The notes under the pieces were generated by a model that saw only the letters and a list, made by a program, of their open reading frames with translations, was not told the DNA's origin and made no database searches. The position numbers were made by a program, and so were the translations under genes. From an uncultured virus (IMG/VR IMGVR_UViG_3300023109_001853) (Duplodnaviria; Heunggongvirae; Uroviricota; Caudoviricetes), in IMG/VR virus record IMGVR_UViG_3300023109_001853: 20,000 bases of DNA; one strand, written 5' to 3'. How positions within the stretch are numbered: position 1 is the first letter of the stretch; every line of letters starts with the position of its first letter. This document shows positions 16,406 to 20,000 of this stretch, piece by piece.

Positions 16406-16626
16406 AAACTATAGCAGATAATAAAGCAATGCTCACTAATACTCGTAGTGATGTTGCAGTAGAAGCAGAAGCAGATAACTTTAGAGAAGGCGAGCGGTTT
16501 GATGCTTTCCTAGCAAACAATAAGATTCCTATGTATTGGAATGGAAAAGTATTTGTAGGTAATGCACACGGGATGGAGTTTACTTCACCTGGCCCGCAAG
16601 TACGTTATATTAAGGAGACACGATAA
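16402..16626 (+). CDS. Hypothetical protein
   Basis: ATGA/TAATG-coupled ORF. Confidence 0.7.
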   Translation: MKTIADNKAMLTNTRSDVAVEAEADNFREGERFDAFLANNKIPMYWNGKVFVGNAHGMEFTSPGPQVRYIKETR

Positions 16627-17243
16627 TGCCATTAGTACCTATGGTAGTAGAACAAGAAGCTCGCGGCGAACGTTCATACGACATTTACAGCCGCTTAATG
16701 AAAGACCGTATTGTTATGCTAAACGGTCCAGTAGAAGATAACATGGCTAACTTGATTGTAGCACAGATGTTGTTCCTAGAGTCAGATAATCCTGACAAAG
16801 ATATTCAATTGTATATCAACTCGCCAGGCGGTGCTGTAACAGCAGGATTAGCTATCTACGACACCATGCAGTACATCAAATGCGATGTGCGTACTATTGT
16901 AATGGGCCAAGCATGTTCAATGGGATCGTTCCTAGCACAAGCAGGCACAGCAGGCAAGCGTGTAGTACTGCCAGAGTCACGTACAATGATCCACAGAGTG
17001 TCAAGTGGCACACGTGGCACAAGCGGCAGTGTACATGTACAAGAGCTACAGTTTGAAGATGCACAACGAGCGTTCGAAGAGTCTAAGAAAGTCAACAAGC
17101 GTCTTACAGAGCTGTATGTTAAGCACAACACAGCAGGCAAGAAGTATGACGAACTATTTGAAACAATGAAGTTTGATACATTCCTTACAGCTGAACAAGC
17201 TGTTGAGCAAGGACTTGCTGATAAAGTAGTGGAGAAACGATAA
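16626..17243 (+). CDS. clpP: ATP-dependent Clp protease proteolytic subunit
   Basis: [26 protein letters not shown] (catalytic Ser), MIH (His), [17 protein letters not shown]. Confidence 0.97.
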   Translation: MPLVPMVVEQEARGERSYDIYSRLMKDRIVMLNGPVEDNMANLIVAQMLFLESDNPDKDIQLYINSPGGAVTAGLAIYDTMQYIKCDVRTIVMGQACSMGSFLAQAGTAGKRVVLPESRTMIHRVSSGTRGTSGSVHVQELQFEDAQRAFEESKKVNKRLTELYVKHNTAGKKYDELFETMKFDTFLTAEQAVEQGLADKVVEKR

Positions 17244-17497
17244 TGGATATCATTTTAATTGCAGTTATTTTTTCAGGCCTAATAGGCTATTGGGCTCATA
17301 ACTGGGGACGCAACGGATGGATTTGGTTTGTGGCCTCGTTGATATTGTCATCGCTAATTACAGCAATCGCTTTGCTGATTATGGGCAGAGATGGTACTGC
17401 AAAGGAAGAAAAAGAAGCACAAGAGATTGAAGCAGAAGCACAGAAATCTGCTGCTATCGAGAAACGTAAAGCAGAATTAATGAAGGATAAAAAATGA
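17243..17497 (+). CDS. Small membrane protein (2 TM helices plus charged tail)
   Basis: Hydrophobic N-terminal half with GRNGWIWF. Confidence 0.7.
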   Translation: MDIILIAVIFSGLIGYWAHNWGRNGWIWFVASLILSSLITAIALLIMGRDGTAKEEKEAQEIEAEAQKSAAIEKRKAELMKDKK

Positions 17498-17673
17498 CTG
17501 AAGGACCATTTAAAAATGCCTTTGACGCAGATACAAACGGTGTAGTACGTAGAGAGATTGTAACTTATCGTATGCGGAATGGCATGATGACAAAAGAAAT
17601 AGCATATCGTGATTACTATGAAAGTGGTGATTATCACGATTCACAATCATCAACTCCATTGGTATCACGATAA
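17494..17673 (+). CDS. Hypothetical protein (59 aa, not in the ORF track)
   Basis: MTEGPFKNAFDAD...STPLVSR; ATGA overlap upstream, TAATG downstream. Confidence 0.7.
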   Translation: MTEGPFKNAFDADTNGVVRREIVTYRMRNGMMTKEIAYRDYYESGDYHDSQSSTPLVSR

Positions 17674-17837
17674 TGGAAATAGCAAATAAAGATCCAGGCA
17701 AGTTTCACTTTTATGTAAGCCTTGCTAAGAGCGGAGTGCGCATTGCAGCAGGTATTGCACTTTGCATGGGTGCGTTCTTTGTATCAGGAATGCTATTTGT
17801 AGCAGCAGAAGTATTAGGAATTGTGGAGGAACTATGA
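17673..17837 (+). CDS. Small membrane protein (54 aa, not in the ORF track)
   Basis: MEIANKDPGKFHFYVSLAKSGVRIAAG...AEVLGIVEEL; coupled at both ends. Confidence 0.7.
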   Translation: MEIANKDPGKFHFYVSLAKSGVRIAAGIALCMGAFFVSGMLFVAAEVLGIVEEL

Positions 17838-18154
17838 ACAAAGTAAGCGACACAGTAGCCACACTAAAAGGTGTGCCAACTAGAACAGATTTGAAGATGC
17901 AACTAGAACAGAATGTAATAGTTGTAGACTTTACTAAACTCAACGGTGATAAGCGTGTAATGACTTGCACACTACGTGAAGACATAAAACCGCCTGCAAC
18001 TAAAAAAGATCCAATGAGTACAAAGAAAGTTCGAGAGGTATCTGATGCTGTTGTAAGTGTATGGGATGTGAACGCAAAAGGTTGGCGCAGTTTCCGATAT
18101 GATCGTATTAACAGTATAGAAATTGTTGAAGATTACAAACAGGAAATAGTATAA
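17834..18154 (+). CDS. SH3-like beta-barrel (WYL_2/DUF2693-like) phage protein
   Basis: VDFTKLNGDKRVMTCTL...VWDVNAKGWRSFR; GGAGG SD before ATG 17834. Confidence 0.75.
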   Translation: MNKVSDTVATLKGVPTRTDLKMQLEQNVIVVDFTKLNGDKRVMTCTLREDIKPPATKKDPMSTKKVREVSDAVVSVWDVNAKGWRSFRYDRINSIEIVEDYKQEIV

Positions 18155-18166
18155 AGGAACAGAACA

Positions 18167-18601
18167 ATGAAAAGTTTACTAGCAACGGCACTAATTTTAG
18201 CAACAGCATCTCCTGCTCTAGCTGAAACGACAAATGCAAACATACGTGATCACTACAAGACTGTGATTGAGCAAACTCCTTACAGCGTTGAAGTATGTAA
18301 AGACGTTAGAGTTCCGCAAAAAGGCGAAACCAATACAGAAGGTGCTATCCTTGGCGGAATCATCGGCGGCGTTATTGGTAACCAATTTGGCAAAGGTAGC
18401 GGCAAGGAAGCTGCTACTGGCATTGGTGCGTTGACAGGTGCTATCATTGGCGGACAAGACAAAGGCCCACGTGCAACACGCACAGAGCGTAGATGTCAGA
18501 TTGAAACACGCTACGAAGAAACACAGCGTGAAGTATACAGTCATAGCATAGTTTCGTTTGTTGCGGACGGTAAGCGTTACAAACTAAAGTTCCAAAAATA
18601 G
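18167..18601 (+). CDS. Exported glycine-zipper 2TM protein
   Basis: Signal peptide ending ALA; GAILGGIIGGVIGNQFGKGSGKEAATGIGALTGAIIG. Confidence 0.85.
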   Translation: MKSLLATALILATASPALAETTNANIRDHYKTVIEQTPYSVEVCKDVRVPQKGETNTEGAILGGIIGGVIGNQFGKGSGKEAATGIGALTGAIIGGQDKGPRATRTERRCQIETRYEETQREVYSHSIVSFVADGKRYKLKFQK

Positions 18602-18628
18602 TAGTCAACTGCAAACAGGAATGATATA

Positions 18629-18853
18629 ATGAACGAAGATAACAAATGGTCAATTAATTACAGTTGGACACAATCATATCCTGGTTGGGATAACAACTTT
18701 GTAAACACACTATTTAATGCTGTAGATAAAGAACGTAAAACTACAACTCAAAACGAACTAGCTCGATTAGATTTCTTAGAAGATGAAATCCAAGAAATGA
18801 CAGAGTATCCGGATGCAGAAAAAATTATTAAAAAGGTGCAACATGGAATTTGA
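18629..18853 (+). CDS. Hypothetical protein
   Basis: AGGA upstream; ORF in the plus-strand run. Confidence 0.55.
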   Translation: MNEDNKWSINYSWTQSYPGWDNNFVNTLFNAVDKERKTTTQNELARLDFLEDEIQEMTEYPDAEKIIKKVQHGI

Positions 18854-19037
18854 GATGTCTCTAGAAGAATTAATTCTTGATGATATGCAAGAATGGGTGC
18901 AGGAACGTCTTTTGAGTGGTCAAGATATGTATGACTACTTAGATGATATTGAAGCAGAACTTGGTAAACTAGCAAGAAAAAAAGAACTAAGTTCGATAGT
19001 TGAAAATTATTTTAAAAACCACATTTTACCTCTATAG
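18843..19037 (+). CDS. Hypothetical acidic protein
   Basis: Probable start MEFEM at 18843 with AAGGT upstream. Confidence 0.55.
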   Translation: MEFEMSLEELILDDMQEWVQERLLSGQDMYDYLDDIEAELGKLARKKELSSIVENYFKNHILPL

Positions 19038-19045
19038 GAACAGTT

Positions 19046-19435
19046 ATGTTAAGTACGGAAAGAATTTTAAAAAGTAAAATTGCATTTTACGAAAAGGATA
19101 TTGACAAACCATATACATTAAACAATTTTAATGGCACGTTTGCAATCCAAAGCCATGCAGGTATTGCAGAGCCGTTGCGTGGCTTTTTACAACGACATTT
19201 CGGTGTAATGCGTTTAGAACGTGTTAAGATTGATTTAATCAACGAAGCGTTAAACGAATTGTGGGACGGGCCCGGCAGTCTAGAAAAGATCCTACGACTA
19301 GAGCATCAGTATATGCTCGAAGGCAAAGAAGTTAAAATTATGCCAAGTGATATTGTTAAGAAACAAGCGTCCGAAGATGATGATACAGTTGTTTTTGATT
19401 CATCATCGCCCGGATTATTTGATCTTAACGGTTGA
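19046..19435 (+). CDS. Hypothetical protein
   Basis: AGGA SD; 129-aa ORF. Confidence 0.65.
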   Translation: MLSTERILKSKIAFYEKDIDKPYTLNNFNGTFAIQSHAGIAEPLRGFLQRHFGVMRLERVKIDLINEALNELWDGPGSLEKILRLEHQYMLEGKEVKIMPSDIVKKQASEDDDTVVFDSSSPGLFDLNG

Positions 19436-19460
19436 CAACTACTAAATAAAGTGCTACTAT
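19432..19460 (+). promoter_or_regulatory. Sigma70-type promoter for the tRNA cluster
   Basis: TTGACA-N17-TACTAT with extended TG; a TAAATA box lies inside the spacer. Confidence 0.7.
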
Positions 19461-19556
19461 AATTAAGTAAGCTGAAAAGTTTACAACGCTATTTGACAAT
19501 TTAGATAGAAAATTTTACGCTCCTTAGCGCAAGCAATGATAGGAGATGTAAGTAGA

Positions 19557-19685
19557 GGCTCTACTTACACGTACATTGTGAACAATGGTAGGAAGGCGGT
19601 TCGATTCCGTTCGCCTAGGTGGTCCTCATTTGCCCACGGGCATCCGCAGTTCGAGTCTGTAAGCAGTGTACTTGTAAGTAGAGTT
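19557..19685 (+). ncRNA. Candidate tRNA-like small RNA with long terminal stem and two T-loops
   Basis: 19557-19579 pairs with 19663-19685 (22 pairs, 1 mismatch); GCGG-TTCGATT-CCGT and GCAG-TTCGAGT-CTGT arms inside. Confidence 0.6.
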
Positions 19686-19688
19686 TAT

Positions 19689-19764
19689 TCCTCCTTAGCT
19701 CAGTTGGTAGAGCAATTGACTGTTAATCAATTTGTCGCTGGTTCGAGCCCAGCAGGAGGAGCCA
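19689..19764 (+). tRNA. tRNA-Asn (GTT)
   Basis: Acceptor TCCTCCT/AGGAGGA; anticodon arm ATTGA-CTGTTAA-TCAAT; GGTTCGAGCCC; encoded CCA. Confidence 0.97.
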
Positions 19765-19770
19765 GAATAC

Positions 19771-19861
19771 GGAAGCGTGGCTGAGTGGTTTAAAGCACCC
19801 GCCTACTAAGCGGACGAGGGTTAATAGCCCTCCTAGGGTTCGAATCCCTACGCTTCCGCCA
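19771..19861 (+). tRNA. tRNA-Ser (ACT), long variable arm
   Basis: Acceptor GGAAGCG/CGCTTCC; G73 discriminator plus CCA; anticodon loop CT-ACT-AA; variable arm GAGGGTT/AGCCCTC; GGTTCGAATCC. Confidence 0.9.
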
Positions 19862-19875
19862 TAATGGCAAACAAT

Positions 19876-19949
19876 GCGGGTATTGTGTAATGGTAAGACC
19901 TTAGCCTTCCAAGCTAATGATGCGAGTTCGATTCTCGCTACCCGCTCCA
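19876..19949 (+). tRNA. tRNA-Gly (TCC)
   Basis: Acceptor GCGGGTA/TACCCGC; U73 plus CCA; TTAGC-CTTCCAA-GCTAA; GTTCGATTC. Confidence 0.97.
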
Positions 19950-19977
19950 ACAACTAGTAACATGAAAGGTTACAACA

Positions 19978-20000
19978 ATGAGTGCATATGTACAAGAAGC
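19978..20000 (+). CDS. Probable start of a CDS running off the window (MSAYVQE...)
   Basis: GAAAGG SD-like site upstream of ATG 19978. Confidence 0.4.

Noticed and set aside
18602..18630. Possible promoter TAGTCA-N17-TATAAT
   Set aside because: Weak -35, and the -10 overlaps the likely start codon at 18629; cannot be supported from sequence alone
1021..18975. Numerous short antisense or alternate-frame ORFs in the track (e.g. 1021..1260, 2354..2539, 3325..3666, 5193..5576, 16856..17140, 18218..18544)
   Set aside because: They overlap well-supported genes and lack SD sites or motifs
19518..19668. Intron-containing tRNA using CGCTCCT-TAGCGC as the 5' half
   Set aside because: Acceptor and T stems have mismatches, there is no anticodon arm or CCA, and the 22-bp alternative helix is much stronger
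19803..19805. Reading the tRNA-Ser as an amber suppressor (CTA), implying TAG recoding
   Set aside because: The stem register places ACT at positions 34-36; TAG ends genes at natural protein ends (429, 4840, 18601) and ORFs are intact in the standard code
19536..19953. ORFs 19536..19784 (+) and 19723..19953 (-)
   Set aside because: Shadows of the tRNA and ncRNA genes
1..20000. CRISPR array, reverse transcriptase, integrase or transposase
   Set aside because: No regularly spaced repeats and no recognisable catalytic motifs seen

Overview
AT-rich, densely coding segment of what appears to be a large dsDNA tailed phage (T4-like/jumbo type). Support: many short genes with ATGA/TAATG overlaps, repeated near-consensus sigma70 promoters, TAAATA late-promoter-like boxes and a tRNA cluster. 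Recognisable genes are the 3' end of a class III nucleotide cyclase, a TIGR02594-type CHAP-like lipoprotein, a Prx5-type peroxiredoxin, two 2OG-Fe(II) oxygenases, IF-1, a HExxH peptidase, a SWIM zinc finger, GIY-YIG-like proteins, an FkbM methyltransferase, TilS, ClpP, and tRNAs Asn(GTT), Ser(ACT) and Gly(TCC). The most unusual observations are: (1) a ~430-nt highly structured non-coding element at ~15665-16101; (2) a ParB-like/DGQH protein (8056-9174) that looks circularly permuted; (3) a ~130-nt RNA with a 22-bp closing stem and two T-loops in front of the tRNAs; (4) a tRNA-Ser with the rare ACU anticodon; (5) paired AGGCA motifs replacing canonical SD sites in several early leaders, with three copies at the start of the structured element. 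All family assignments come from motif recognition by eye, not from database searches.
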